Below, piece by piece: positions 37,254 to 48,600 of a stretch of 64,000 nt of DNA. A model generated the notes under the pieces. The model made no database searches and was not told the origin of the DNA. It saw only the letters and a program-made list of their open reading frames with translations. This DNA is from Trichodelitschia bisporula (taxonomy: Eukaryota), in NCBI GenBank assembly GCA_010356995.1, contig ML996696.1, forward strand, positions 560,364 to 624,363, in the 5' to 3' direction. Each line of letters starts with the position of its first letter. The stretch's first letter is position 1. A program made the position numbers and the translations under genes.

Positions 37254-40200
37254 CTACAAATTCGACCAAACCCCACTATCACCCTCCTCCTCCCACACCA
37301 TTCTGTCGTCGCCCCTCATCCTCCCAGTGGACGCCTTCCTCGTCACAGCCAACGACCTCAGCAAAGCACCCCCCTTATACCAAAGACTCTTAACCCGCTC
37401 CACAATCCTGCGCGCGCGGAACTCCGCCTTCCCCATACCAGCAAACGACTCCCCAATCGGGCCCTCAGGCACACCAGGCGCACTCCCCGCCCTCCCCTCC
37501 AGCAACACACCCCCCGTCTCCACCCCCTCAGACCGCCTGGCCTCGAGCGCCGACGTCGCGCGCGGCAACCTCCGACTCAACTGCGTAAGCCTCTTCTTCA
37601 ACCCCTTTCTTCCGCGTCCACTCCCCCGCACACTCGAATCATCGCTAAAAAAGCTGCGCACCTCGTCCAAATTCATCGCACTCAGCGGCGTCAAGCCTGT
37701 GGTCGGATACCGGTCCCCCGCCTCAACGCTCCGGTCCGTGCCCACGCTCGCACCCGTCCCCGGATCGTCCTCCGGCAGCGTGAGCGACGAGGTGGGGAGC
37801 GGTGTAAACGGCACGTAGGCACGGGCGGGGGGAGAGGGGGCGCGCGGCGAGTGCATGGGCGAGAGGTGTGCGAGGCCGATACGCCGCGAGATGGAGCCAA
37901 GGATGCTGGTTGTGCTGGTCTTGCGCCGCGACGTATGGCGAAAGGTATCCACGGTGCTGGAGGTCGGCTCGTCATCCGTGGCCGGCCGGCCACGTAGCGA
38001 GGCCTGTGCCGATGCCGGGGACGGGGTCGATACGCTGGATACGCGGATGCGCAGCCGGGACGGCGGGTGACGGAGGGATTTCTCGGGCCGCTGAACGGGC
38101 GCTGGCAGGCTGATGTCGATGACGGGCATATCACGGGCCCAGGGGTAGCTGGCATCCAGGTTCCAGGGCCGGGATTCGGGGCAGCAGAGGGTTTGCCACG
38201 ATGTTATGCGTGGGTTGGTTATGCCCATTTGCATGTCTGCGTCGCCGTCGGAGAGGGAGCGGTGCCGGAGGAGGACTGGCGCGGGGAGGGTGAGCGGCGG
38301 CGTCGGGGTTATACAACCCGCTGGGACGGAGGAGGGGCGTTGGTGCGTGGGCCGCGGAGGATAGCTTGTGGGACTGGAGGTCAGGGAGCGGGTGCGGCCG
38401 TCGGGAGTGTGGGGTGTAAAGGGTGAGCCCGGCAGGTTGAGCGGCGGAATATCTAGCTCTATACGGCCGAGGCCACGGATCTCGTTGATGGTGGACTCGA
38501 TAGTTTCCTGCTCCATGGCTTGGTAAAAGGAGGGAAGGAGCTCGGAGAGACGCTGAGTTAGGCCGGTGATCGAGGGGATCGAGATTCGGTTTACTTCTTC
38601 AATCAGTTCACTCGGCGAGAGCGGGCGAAGAGTCGGGAATACTGGCGCGGAGCTGCTGCTCTGGCCGCGCGATGCAGCGTAAACGTTGATATCTGGAGTG
38701 CCATTTGCGACGGGCTGGTCTTGATGTTGGTTCTTCGAGGGTTCTACGCTGCCCTGCTCGGCACACTGCCGGCTGGCCATGTCGTCGAGGTGCTTGAACA
38801 GACAGTCATACTTCTCCCGCATGTACACCGATGTGGACGGCCGCTCGGGTTCGGGATGAGCCAAGGTGGGAAATTCATCACCGGACCGCGGGCGCTCAGT
38901 CTCAGGTTCACCATCTAGCCGCGCCAGGAGATCGATCTGGCTAAACTTGAGCGACGGGATTTTCCTCGGCTGCTGGTCAGGCGTGGAAGGGGACTGGTTT
39001 GCCGTCGATTCCTGATTCTGCTCGTGGACGGCCGCCGTTCTCGCCCTTGGAACCGTCTTTGGCTCCTGATTTGGGCCCAGCTCGCTCGAGGACGGCCCAT
39101 TCGTGATGAGGTCCGGATCATATACTGAAAATGAAGGCTTGGACAAGTCGACGAAACTGGTCTCCAAATTCGGCTCTTCCTTCACATCAGACAGATGGCT
39201 CGCCGTACCGCCCAGCCGTAGGGTCGGAAAGCGAAGATCAGTGGTTGTGCCCTCATCTTGTAAGCACTTTCTTGCCTCTACTATATTCAGACCCGCCGGC
39301 CACGCAGTGGCAAATGGCATCGTCCCACCTCCGCCCCTGGATACGAAGCCGCCCGACCGGTCCATGGGATTGACCTTTGCGCCCTGTGGTGCCGGAAGGA
39401 GTTCATCAAAGGAAATATCCGGAACAGGTGACTTCCCTGCCGCACTCGCCTTCTCCGGACTCTCGAACTCGAGTTGGGCATTCTCAATAGATTCCCTCTG
39501 CTCCGGCACAAGCGGCAGCGTGAACCGGCCCGCAAAATCGCTTGCTGCCTGCGAGACGCAGGAGTCATCTGTCGACACCAGGGTAAACGGTACCGAAAAC
39601 TCGCTGTTAGAAATAAAATCATCCGGGGCCTTCTGGACGGATGCACGCCGCGACTTCGGCGGCTCAACTGTTAAATCCGTTGCTTGGAGCACGCACGACT
39701 CTTCCGCGCCATGGAAACTTCGCATCATGCTCTCTGCCTTAGTGTCCGGCACCTTAGTCTCCGGCAGAGCACTCGCATCCGGCACTTCAGTCGGCTCGCC
39801 GACCACCGACCCCGTTTCCGCATTCGTCTCGATGTCGCGCATAAAAGCCTGCAAGTCGCTGCTTCCCGAACAGTCCAGCCGCGTCGGCATCGAGTACCGC
39901 AGCGAACGATCAACACCCGCTGCGCCCCCGGACGCTGCTGTACCAACCGACGGGGTCGCCGACGCGGCGCGCACGAGTGTGGCAGCCTTCTCGGCCGGGC
40001 TGGCATCATTCAGTGCGCCACCAAGTGCCTGCTCCGCCTCGTCCACCCCTGCAGGCTTCGGGTTCACAGGTGCGAGGTCAACAACGGCTGTTACCGTTGG
40101 TTCGAGCACTTTCAGCACCATCGCCCGTGTGATCCGCGGCCCGACGGGACTAGCCGGGAGCTCCGCAATTGACGGCACCGAACCGCGTTTCGAGCCAAGG

Positions 40201-41414
40201 GACTCGAAAGACGCTGACACGGGCGTTGCGGCGGTTTGCTCGATGATAGCGCGCTCCTCGAGGATCGTCTTGATACGCTGTACGAAGCCCATAGGCACAG
40301 ATGTGCTCACCTCCTGATCTGGCAGCGGGATTGGAGCAGGCGGGGGGAGAACTGGCACCGGGGATGCGCGCGGAGCATCATAAAGCTGTTCAGTATAGTC
40401 ATAGTAGCCGGTTGTGGGGACAGATGAGCGACGGCGGGTGTGCTTATGCGAGTACTCGGCCTCATAGGCGGGTCCACTGTCCTCATCCAGGGGTGTGTGT
40501 GGGAGGCTAGACACCGGGGAAGGCGGATCAGCGGACAGCTCGACAAGTTGGTGTTGCGAAGACACGGCGGAAGCGTAGCGATCGGACACAGTCGATGGAG
40601 CCTTGTGCAGTGAAGAGACGCCACCTTCGCTGCGGTAGGAGCCGATGCTTGCTACGGACGGAGCCGAACGGTTGCGGTGCTGGTACGGAACTGGGGGCGG
40701 CGGGTTGAGGTGCATGGGCGGACCGTAGTTGGAACGCAGGCTTGAGTTGAGGCGAACGCCGGGGTTGCGCGAGGGTGGGAGGCCCGTTACATCGCTCAAA
40801 GGTGAAGAGGGACGGTAACCTGGACGCTTTAGGCGTGCCGGATAGCGGTAGGGTGAACGGGGGCGCTGGGTGAACTCGTTGCCACGAAGGCTGGTGAGGG
40901 ACCTATGGTTTGAGATGGCAAGTGCGTAATGGCTGGTATTCATAGTTTGTGGTCGGTTGAATGTGGAATGGTAAGCGGGAGTGGAAGCTCCGGAACAGGG
41001 TTCGGATAGGTTTGCGAGGCTGGCGGAGATGCTGTGCATGTACGGTGGGGCCGTACAGTTACTGGTCATGGAGCGGCGGCCGCCAGCGGACGAGATGGAA
41101 GGCCACTCGCGATGATTGGAACTCCGCTTCGAGGTATGAGACTGGGTGGAGCTCATCGATAGGCAGGCTCCGCTTCGCCGGTTTTGTACTCGGTGCGGCT
41201 GGGTGAAGCGAGAGCTGGACGGTGCTGAGTGGCAGATGGCTCCCAAATCTCCCATTTCCGTTGTGTTTCTAAGCATGCTCATAACTCCAGGATTGGTGAT
41301 CGTGTTTTCTTGTGATGTAGGTATAGAGCCATGTTTGGAGCCGTTGGAGAAGGCCGAGTCCCGACTGTCTCGGTTACTGCAGACATTGGGATCGCGATCC
41401 GTGAGCGGCATCAT
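37254..41414 (-). CDS. Large Ser/Pro-rich, largely disordered hypothetical protein (about 1386 aa)
   Basis: Uninterrupted 4.2-kb ORF with motif-like islands (SMLRNTTEMGDLG, RPRSPYRYPARLKRPGYRPSSP, SRPWNLDASYPW, GDRYPTTGL). First ATG at 41414. Confidence 0.8.
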   Translation of the reverse strand: MMPLTDRDPNVCSNRDSRDSAFSNGSKHGSIPTSQENTITNPGVMSMLRNTTEMGDLGAICHSAPSSSRFTQPHRVQNRRSGACLSMSSTQSHTSKRSSNHREWPSISSAGGRRSMTSNCTAPPYMHSISASLANLSEPCSGASTPAYHSTFNRPQTMNTSHYALAISNHRSLTSLRGNEFTQRPRSPYRYPARLKRPGYRPSSPLSDVTGLPPSRNPGVRLNSSLRSNYGPPMHLNPPPPVPYQHRNRSAPSVASIGSYRSEGGVSSLHKAPSTVSDRYASAVSSQHQLVELSADPPSPVSSLPHTPLDEDSGPAYEAEYSHKHTRRRSSVPTTGYYDYTEQLYDAPRASPVPVLPPPAPIPLPDQEVSTSVPMGFVQRIKTILEERAIIEQTAATPVSASFESLGSKRGSVPSIAELPASPVGPRITRAMVLKVLEPTVTAVVDLAPVNPKPAGVDEAEQALGGALNDASPAEKAATLVRAASATPSVGTAASGGAAGVDRSLRYSMPTRLDCSGSSDLQAFMRDIETNAETGSVVGEPTEVPDASALPETKVPDTKAESMMRSFHGAEESCVLQATDLTVEPPKSRRASVQKAPDDFISNSEFSVPFTLVSTDDSCVSQAASDFAGRFTLPLVPEQRESIENAQLEFESPEKASAAGKSPVPDISFDELLPAPQGAKVNPMDRSGGFVSRGGGGTMPFATAWPAGLNIVEARKCLQDEGTTTDLRFPTLRLGGTASHLSDVKEEPNLETSFVDLSKPSFSVYDPDLITNGPSSSELGPNQEPKTVPRARTAAVHEQNQESTANQSPSTPDQQPRKIPSLKFSQIDLLARLDGEPETERPRSGDEFPTLAHPEPERPSTSVYMREKYDCLFKHLDDMASRQCAEQGSVEPSKNQHQDQPVANGTPDINVYAASRGQSSSSAPVFPTLRPLSPSELIEEVNRISIPSITGLTQRLSELLPSFYQAMEQETIESTINEIRGLGRIELDIPPLNLPGSPFTPHTPDGRTRSLTSSPTSYPPRPTHQRPSSVPAGCITPTPPLTLPAPVLLRHRSLSDGDADMQMGITNPRITSWQTLCCPESRPWNLDASYPWARDMPVIDISLPAPVQRPEKSLRHPPSRLRIRVSSVSTPSPASAQASLRGRPATDDEPTSSTVDTFRHTSRRKTSTTSILGSISRRIGLAHLSPMHSPRAPSPPARAYVPFTPLPTSSLTLPEDDPGTGASVGTDRSVEAGDRYPTTGLTPLSAMNLDEVRSFFSDDSSVRGSGRGRKGLKKRLTQLSRRLPRATSALEARRSEGVETGGVLLEGRAGSAPGVPEGPIGESFAGMGKAEFRARRIVERVKSLWYKGGALLRSLAVTRKASTGRMRGDDRMVWEEEGDSGVWSNL

Positions 41415-42065
41415 TTCCAAATGATGAACCACGGGCCCCGCGCGGCACTGGACGGTCAGAGGACTGACAAAGCTTGTTTCTTACTGAAAGAGTGACAGAT
41501 GGACCGACTGGTCATAAGTTTTTGGCGGAACCGACTTGAGACTGAGGATGTGCGGATTGAAGAGGTGAAGCCGTGGAGAAAACAACATGGGGAGGGATGT
41601 GCGAAAGTGAAGGCGCAAGGGAACAAGCTGGGGTAAGCAAAGTCGACAGTGCTGTAGGGTATGAAGCAGATAGGGCAGTAGCAACAATGAAGCGTAGAAG
41701 GAGCCATACGTTGAAGCCGGGGGGGTGGGCCATCGTGACTTCTTTCATACCAGCAAGACCTCACCTTTATTGGTACTCGTCACAAAAGCATTAGTTGAAA
41801 GTCATCATAAGAGGGTTCGCACTTTGATTTCACCTTCAATGTGCACAACAACCGGTAAAAAACAACCCGTCATGCACATAGCGCCCCAATTGCTTTCCAG
41901 CTCCCATTCCCATTCCTATTCCATATCCAAACCAGTCCGAGAATTATCCCACATGAGCCGTGGATGCCCACGCGGAATCGGGGTATAAAGCAGTAGCGGT
42001 GAAGAAAAGCAAAGGGAACGTGCCCATTCATCCGTCTCGTAATAATACACCTGTACAATTGGGCA

Positions 42066-43875
42066 TTATGCTGGCAACTCGTAGAGAGGCACTAGACTCG
42101 CATCTTTCTTCGTGCCCTGACCGTTCTTTTTGCGAGTGAAAAACCGCACGAGAGCTCCAAGGCTACTTCTTCTCTTTAGGCGTGGCGTGGGCGCTGTGAA
42201 GCTGGTGGACAACGGGCTTGGGGCAGACCGTGATTGCTTCGGCAGGCGTAGTGAGACCTGACTGCTCTTGGCTGACAACATGGACGGAGTAGTAGGGAAG
42301 AGAGTGAAATTGCCAGGTGGGCGGGTATTCGGGGCTGGTGAGGTCGAAGGTCGTCGAGACGAATATGCGGAGTCTTGACCGGACACCGATGCGGGTTTGC
42401 CTTTTGAGGATCGCAATTTGTCGCCGAAGATTTCGGAAGTCTTCTTTTTTAACCTGCTGCGAGTGCGCTTGGGCGTTGCGCAAGCCGATACAGGCAGGTG
42501 TTGGCGTATATCGTTAGGGTCGTTGGGTGTCTCCGGGGGTTCGTCCGACACGACCTGTTTGTCCTGAAGTCGGTCTTCAAAGACCTGCTTTTCGTCAGAG
42601 GGCGCGAGAACGCGATCGCTGGTGTTGGTGCGTGCTCTGGTTGGCGGAGGTGCGCCGGGTTCGGTCCTCTTGGACCTATTCTCGGCTTCCTGGGCTTGGT
42701 GGTTAGGCTTGTTGAGGCGTTCCTCGTAGGGGAGCTGCTCCAATGTCTTTTCCCGCTTCGGGAGAGTTGCTTGAACGGCGTTGTCGAAGGCATCGGGGTC
42801 TTTCGGGAGGGGTTTGTCTGGTGCTTTGGTCTGGCGAGCGTAACGGGACGTTGGCATCAGGCTTGATGGGCGGGTGCCTGGCTTGGTGCTGGAAATTGAT
42901 CCAGGTCGGCGGGACGTCTAACGAATCAGCAACAAATTCAAAACGCTATAGCAAATATTAGACAGTAGTAGTACTCACGACGCTTCTCTTACTTGCAACA
43001 GCGGCTCGCTTAGACATGATATTGAGCATGCTGCCGAGCTGCACCAACGCCACGCCCAAGCTGTTGCCCTTCATCTGAAGTGTTTCAAAACACTGCAGCC
43101 ACGCATCCGTGTTTGCCCGCATTGTTTCGAATCTTTCGTACGTCGGCTGGTCATCCTTTGGCCACTTTCCGTCCAGCCTGGCCAAGTAGAGCGACATGTC
43201 CACTGTAGACTCCTTGCCCTTGCCCACGTCTACGAGGAGATCGTTCATAAGGCCGGCCGTCCGATGCACAACCTTTTCGATGATTTCATTGCCCTCGAGT
43301 ATAGACGCGCGGAACTGCTTATCGTCCAGCATGATGTCAAAGATGTCGACATGCTCCATGGGCACCTTGAGGAGCTTGATGCGCTCCTGGATATCGGCCA
43401 GGGCCAGGTCCAGGTCCTCCTCCGTTCTCTGGATGAAGCTGTCCACCTCGTCGACGTGCTTCTGCAGTATCCGCACGACCTCCTCATTCGACTTTGCCAG
43501 CTGCAGGTGCAGCAAGTGTACGCCAAAGGCTATTTGTGCAAGCACCTTGGAGAGCGGGTGGTATCTTGCTGAGGGATTGGCGCGCCAGCGGGCGTTGTAC
43601 GAATCGTTGGGCTCGTTTGTGTCCAGCAGTCGTTGTCGACGCTCCTTTGGTTTCATCGATCGTGCCTTGCGCAAGACAGCGGCAGCATACTCGGCGTGCT
43701 CGACGGAATCAGCGATGGACTCTTCAAAGGGCCCTTGCATGGACGCGATTGGATGCTCCGGGGGCCTGTTCTCGTCGTCATCCCCATTCGCCGTGTCGAG
43801 GTCCGCATCTCGGGTACTCCACGACTGCGCGCTGTCTTGGTAGCCCGCGTAATATTGTTGATATTCCATTGCCAT
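42066..43875 (-). CDS. Conserved-looking fungal hypothetical protein (helical domain plus disordered basic tail)
   Basis: ORFs 42958-43980 and 42066-42857 join in frame through intron 42918-42978 (GTGAGT..CTGAT..TAG). Helical core YHPLSKVLAQIAFGVHLLH...LKVPMEHVDIFDIMLDD. Confidence 0.8.
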
Positions 43876-45643
43876 GTTGGCGCCGCACGCGATGAGCGAG
43901 GGGATTGCGATGCGATCGCCAGCGGAGGGAGGGACGAAATGATTGACGATGCGCGTGTCTGACTTTCGATAATGTGTCAAAGCACAAAAAGAAAGTATCG
44001 GGATGATTTAACGGTTCAGTGAGGAGATGTAGGATAAACGAGTGGAATGGGTTCGCATCTTCACGAACAATAGAAGATAGGGGGGCCTAAAGGACGTCCT
44101 GCACTATTGATGCCGACGTCGGTTTTGACCCGTATTCGTGCAGATCGCGGGAACTAGCTCGAACATGGGAGCATTTTAGGGCAGGGAAAGGTAGAAAAGG
44201 GAAGCGAATGGAGACAGATTAGGATTTTGAGCAAGAAGAGCGAAAATCTACGAATGGCTTTTGCTGCAGGTACACAGACGCAAGCTTAAGGATCTCAACC
44301 TTGTCAGTCCATACTCTAGCGGCGGGTAATTGTAAGCGCGAGCGATTGGGGGGGGAGGGGGTAGTGAAGGGCGACGGGTCGTGTCATGGAGCAGGGGGCC
44401 GAAGGGGGTGGAGGGGGGAGGGAGTGGGGTGTCAGCATGGCGGGGGAGGGGGAGTGAGTGGAAAGAAGCTTTGAGGAAGAAGATATAGTGATGTGAAGGA
44501 GGGATTACCGATGTATATATTGCTTTAGCTGATCATATGAACAGCAATGAAAGAAGAAGCATCTGATGAAGTCGGGCATAAGGCCAGATGAGTTTGTAGT
44601 CCCGTACACACTGTATATTTTTCTTCTTGATATTCGCCACTTTGTGCTACGGTACCATTGAGTACTTCCTGGTCGGTTAACCAGTCCACAGACGATTGGC
44701 GAGAACGGTGGGAATAGTTCTCCTTCTCCACTCGAATCCACTCGAGTTCACCAACCCCGGCACCACTTCCCCCTCGGGCCTGGCGGCCGTAGCCGAACCC
44801 ACATGCATATGTACAATCCGTGCATCTACGAAACGTTTAAAGTCTCCGGTGCATCAAACAAAAGATCGGCAGAGGCCAGGCCTGGGCTAGGATCTTCGTT
44901 TACGCATACGACTTTCTCACGAGTGAAGATATGAAGAGATATATTTCGAGGTTTGCATGACTGGCAGCCAATTGAAATTGTCTACTGTGTTTTAACGTGG
45001 CTAAGAAGACTACATATGGAGGTACTCAACCGAACTCTTTCTTGTACGGAGTACCTTCGTACTGTATCAGGCATCGAAGGACCAATATCAGGCGTACACT
45101 TGCCAAGCTGCACCGTTCTGCAGCAATTTGCCAAGTCATATCTTTTGCGCCACACTTACCAAGTCGCATCGTGACACGGGTGAGTCAATGAGTGCCTCAC
45201 ACACCCACTTCCTCGCTGTACCGTACAGTGTGGAAGACCTCCTATTGTTCTACGCTACAGATATATGCTCCCAAGCACTTATGCGGTATAAACCATCTTC
45301 GCTCACTTTTCTTGAGCGGTATTGCGCTGCTGCCAAGTATCGATACCTCATACCTCCGTAGCAATCCGTTCAAGGCTCTGCGCCACAGCTACCTACTACG
45401 CCATAGATATACACAGACTGCGCCACATCGTAGCCCTAAAGGCTTGGCAAGGTCCGCCAATCTCCATCTCCCCCATTGCGACACACTGGCATCCAACCTC
45501 GCAGCTTCGCGTAAAAGAAAACAAACCACTCCTCGTTCATCACCCCGCCCCCATCCACTGTACCTTTGACTCCCTCGACAAAGCAAAGGTTTCCGACAAC
45601 ACAGTCTCCGTTGCGCGTTCGCCTCCTCGTGCATTCTTCGTCG

Positions 45644-46549
45644 ATGAATGCCTCCAGCGATGCAGCCGGCTCCGACGCGTCCGCTGACAGCGCACCGGCA
45701 ACTACAATGTTGACTGGCAACGAGAAGGACAAGGAGGTGGTCATCAACGCGGGCCGGTCAATCAAGAACATGCTGCGTGACTTGATGCAGACGTCCGAAG
45801 TGGACGCCGAGTCCCCAGTCTGGATTACGGGCGATCTGACGCTGCGCATCGAGGGCCGTCATACCTACACCATAAAGCTTTTCCACAACGACGGCGAGGA
45901 TCCGGACGACCTCAAAGTGCGCATCGAGAGGCAGAATTTCGACAGGAAGAAGGCTGACGAGCAGGCTGCCTCGGAGAAAGACACCTCTCGCAAGCGCGCC
46001 CATGACGATGTCGACGAGCCAGTGTCGATTGCGAAGCGCGCGCGCGCTGAGCTCCTAGCCTCGGAGCCTGGACCTACTGCCGATGCGCCGGTGGCGCCGG
46101 ACACGAATGGCACCTCGACCGCGCCGGTGGCCTGGCCGTCGGATGATGCCATGCTCGCTGAGCTTCAGACGTTGTCCAGCCAGATTCGCTGGGTGGAGGA
46201 GTGTCGCCGCGTGGCCGACGAACTGCACGACCAACGTGAGGAGACATGGCGTGCCACATCGGCCTTGTTCCATGATGACCGCCGCAAGGATCGCGAGCGT
46301 CATGAACAGTGGCTGCAGAGCGAGGTGTCGTGGCAGCGCAACCTGCTCATCCAGCTGTCAAACGACATCAAGGGAATTTACCCGTTGGTACACAGCTTGA
46401 AGTGGGGTGAGTTTCCTTTGGTCTAGCATCATGATCTCCTTCAATGCTAATCTGTGGGAGAAACTCCGAACATGTCCTCAGGTCCGTCGGCGTCGTTGCT
46501 CCCGCCGCAACCTCCGCCACAACCGCAGCAGACTCCGCACAAGCGCTGA
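45644..46549 (+). CDS. Hypothetical protein with a coiled-coil C-terminal half
   Basis: Codon-biased ORF with KRAH/KRAR NLS-like patches. Likely intron 46407-46460 giving ...SLKWETPNMSSGP...HKR*. Confidence 0.65.
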
Positions 46550-46872
46550 TCCTGACGCCTTTGATATGATGAAGTAACGGATGAGTAGCAGGCATAGCTT
46601 AGGATATCCGAAGTTTGCTTGGAGCCTCTAGGTGAGTAGTCCTGTTGGATATACTCTGCACCGCAGTTAACACGTCGACCAGCTCTGGATGATGTAGTAA
46701 GGTAGACCGTAGCTGGCGCATGATCTGCGAAGCCATATGATGACAACATGTACGGTGTTGATGAGGGATCTTACGAGGACTGACCGGCGGGTATACGTGC
46801 ATTTGATACCCCATTTCCGAGTTCTAGTCTAGCGTTAATGATATTTCACACGGGCACTTCCATCCAGTTGAA

Positions 46873-48216
46873 TCACCACCCGCGACACCTGGCCCACACA
46901 TCCACTACCTTCCCTTCCTCAACAACAAAATACCATCCAAATCCCGCCCCTGCAATGCACGCGTGGTTCGGCCAGATAAGCACCCTTTCCCCGATATTCA
47001 GGGTCCTCTGATCTCCCTTACCTTCCCACCGCAGTATCCCATGCTCCTGACTAACCTTCCCAAGGATCCACCCCTCCCTACCCTTGAAGTCGAAATGGCC
47101 TCTTCCCTCGTCCTCCCCCACAACACCAGCTACAACTCCCCACCCGTTATAGTCCTTACACGGCTCCCGCCCAAACACCAGCGCCCCACCATTGACAAGC
47201 ACCTCACCCCGCTCCTCATACACACTCGTCACTTCCACCATCATCTTCAACCCGATCTTGTCCCATCCAAGCCACTCACTCGCTCCCGTTGCTATCTGCT
47301 GCGCGTCCAGCACGCTGTACACGCCCGCATGCAGCTCGACCTCATGTTTTCGTTGCCTAAGGATCCGAATCGTTTCTAGCCATGACATCTTCCTATTGGG
47401 ATCAAATGCGGCTCCAGCAAGTGCTGTCGGTGTCGCCCCGAGGCTCAGCGTCAGCCCATCCCCACCCACAGCAGTCAGTCCCTCCATCAACCCATGCAGC
47501 TCGGTACAGGTCCCCTCCGCGGAGTCCGCGGGGTAGGAGCCCCCATAGCTGCTCCCTAGGTGGGAGTAGAGGCCTTTGAGGGTCAGATTCGGGGTAGCGC
47601 GGACGGCAGCCGCGAGGGCGACAAGTTGAGCTGAAGAGGGGTGCAGACCGGCGCGATGATAGCCAGTGTCGAGTTTTAGGAAGATAGAGACTGGAGGGAG
47701 GTGAGCTAAGAAGGGGACTTGAGAGGGGGAGTCGAGGAGGAGGGCGAGGGCGGATGGAGGAAGACGGGAGGCGATGGAGGCCAGGGCGGGGATTAGGGAG
47801 GGGGCTGGGGGGATGGCGTAGAGGAGCGAGATGGTGCTGCCGGTGGACACGGCGGAGATGAGCCACGGGAGAAGATGCTCTATTTCGGAGAGGGTAGAGG
47901 TTGCGAGGCGGATGTGCCATGGGGATTCGGAGACTTGGAGTTTGGAGAGCTCGACGGTCTGTTTATTGGAGTTGAGGTGAGGGTTTAAAAGGAGGAAGGG
48001 GGTTCAGACTTTATGTGTTTTGACATGGGCGCGGAATTTGCAGTCCAGCTTAGCGGCAACGCGTTGCATGTGGTCGCAATTGGCTTCGACGACGGGCCGA
48101 TCGAGAAGGGCGCTTGGGACGGGGAGGGCGGAGAGGGGTTTTCCCAGGTACGCCATTTTGAGGGCAGTGATGGGGGGAGGCGGGTAGAGCTCATTGTAGG
48201 GAATTGGAGTCGCCAT
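46873..48216 (-). CDS. D-serine dehydratase-like fold-type III PLP enzyme (Dsd1 family)
   Basis: PLP-lysine motif FRAHVKTHK, plus LKLDTGYHRAG, GATPT, ELHAGVY, SQEHG and the Zn-ligand motif PNHAC. Intron 47959-48009. Confidence 0.88.
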
Positions 48217-48600
48217 TCTGAGTGAAAAACGAGGTACTCGAAGTTGATGAAGTTTTGCTACTCCATTTCAGGTTGCCTAAATAGGTCGTGCCGTCATACA
48301 CAACCCCGCGCGCTACACGTGATCTAACGCCACCTCCGCAGCCAGCCTCGTTCCGTACGGTAAAGCAAGGGGTGTAATTCGCGCAACAGCTTGCGATAGG
48401 CGCGGAGCGTTGCTTTTCCCTCATGGCTTGCGCGCGATTAAGTTCCGCAACCGCTATCTACGTAGATGTCCAAGGTTCGATCTGGGGTTCTCCCGCTCCT
48501 CAATCTATCCCTACTTCTTCTTCCCCGCGATCTGTGCCATCTTCATTGCTGTCAATCGTGTTTCGCGCTCCGTTTAACGCTCGCTTCGTTGTCGCGCGCT

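Noticed and set aside
39103..40317. 404-aa antisense ORF, and similar long shadow ORFs such as 5134-6120, 13530-14576, 25046-25861 and 60627-61487
   Set aside because: They lie opposite well-supported genes and carry no motifs. Such ORFs are expected from GC-rich codon bias that depletes antisense stops.
46813..46875. Stop-codon readthrough to a peroxisomal signal (checked for the Dsd1-like gene and several others)
   Set aside because: No TGA-CTA context or SKL-like extension was found in the genes checked.
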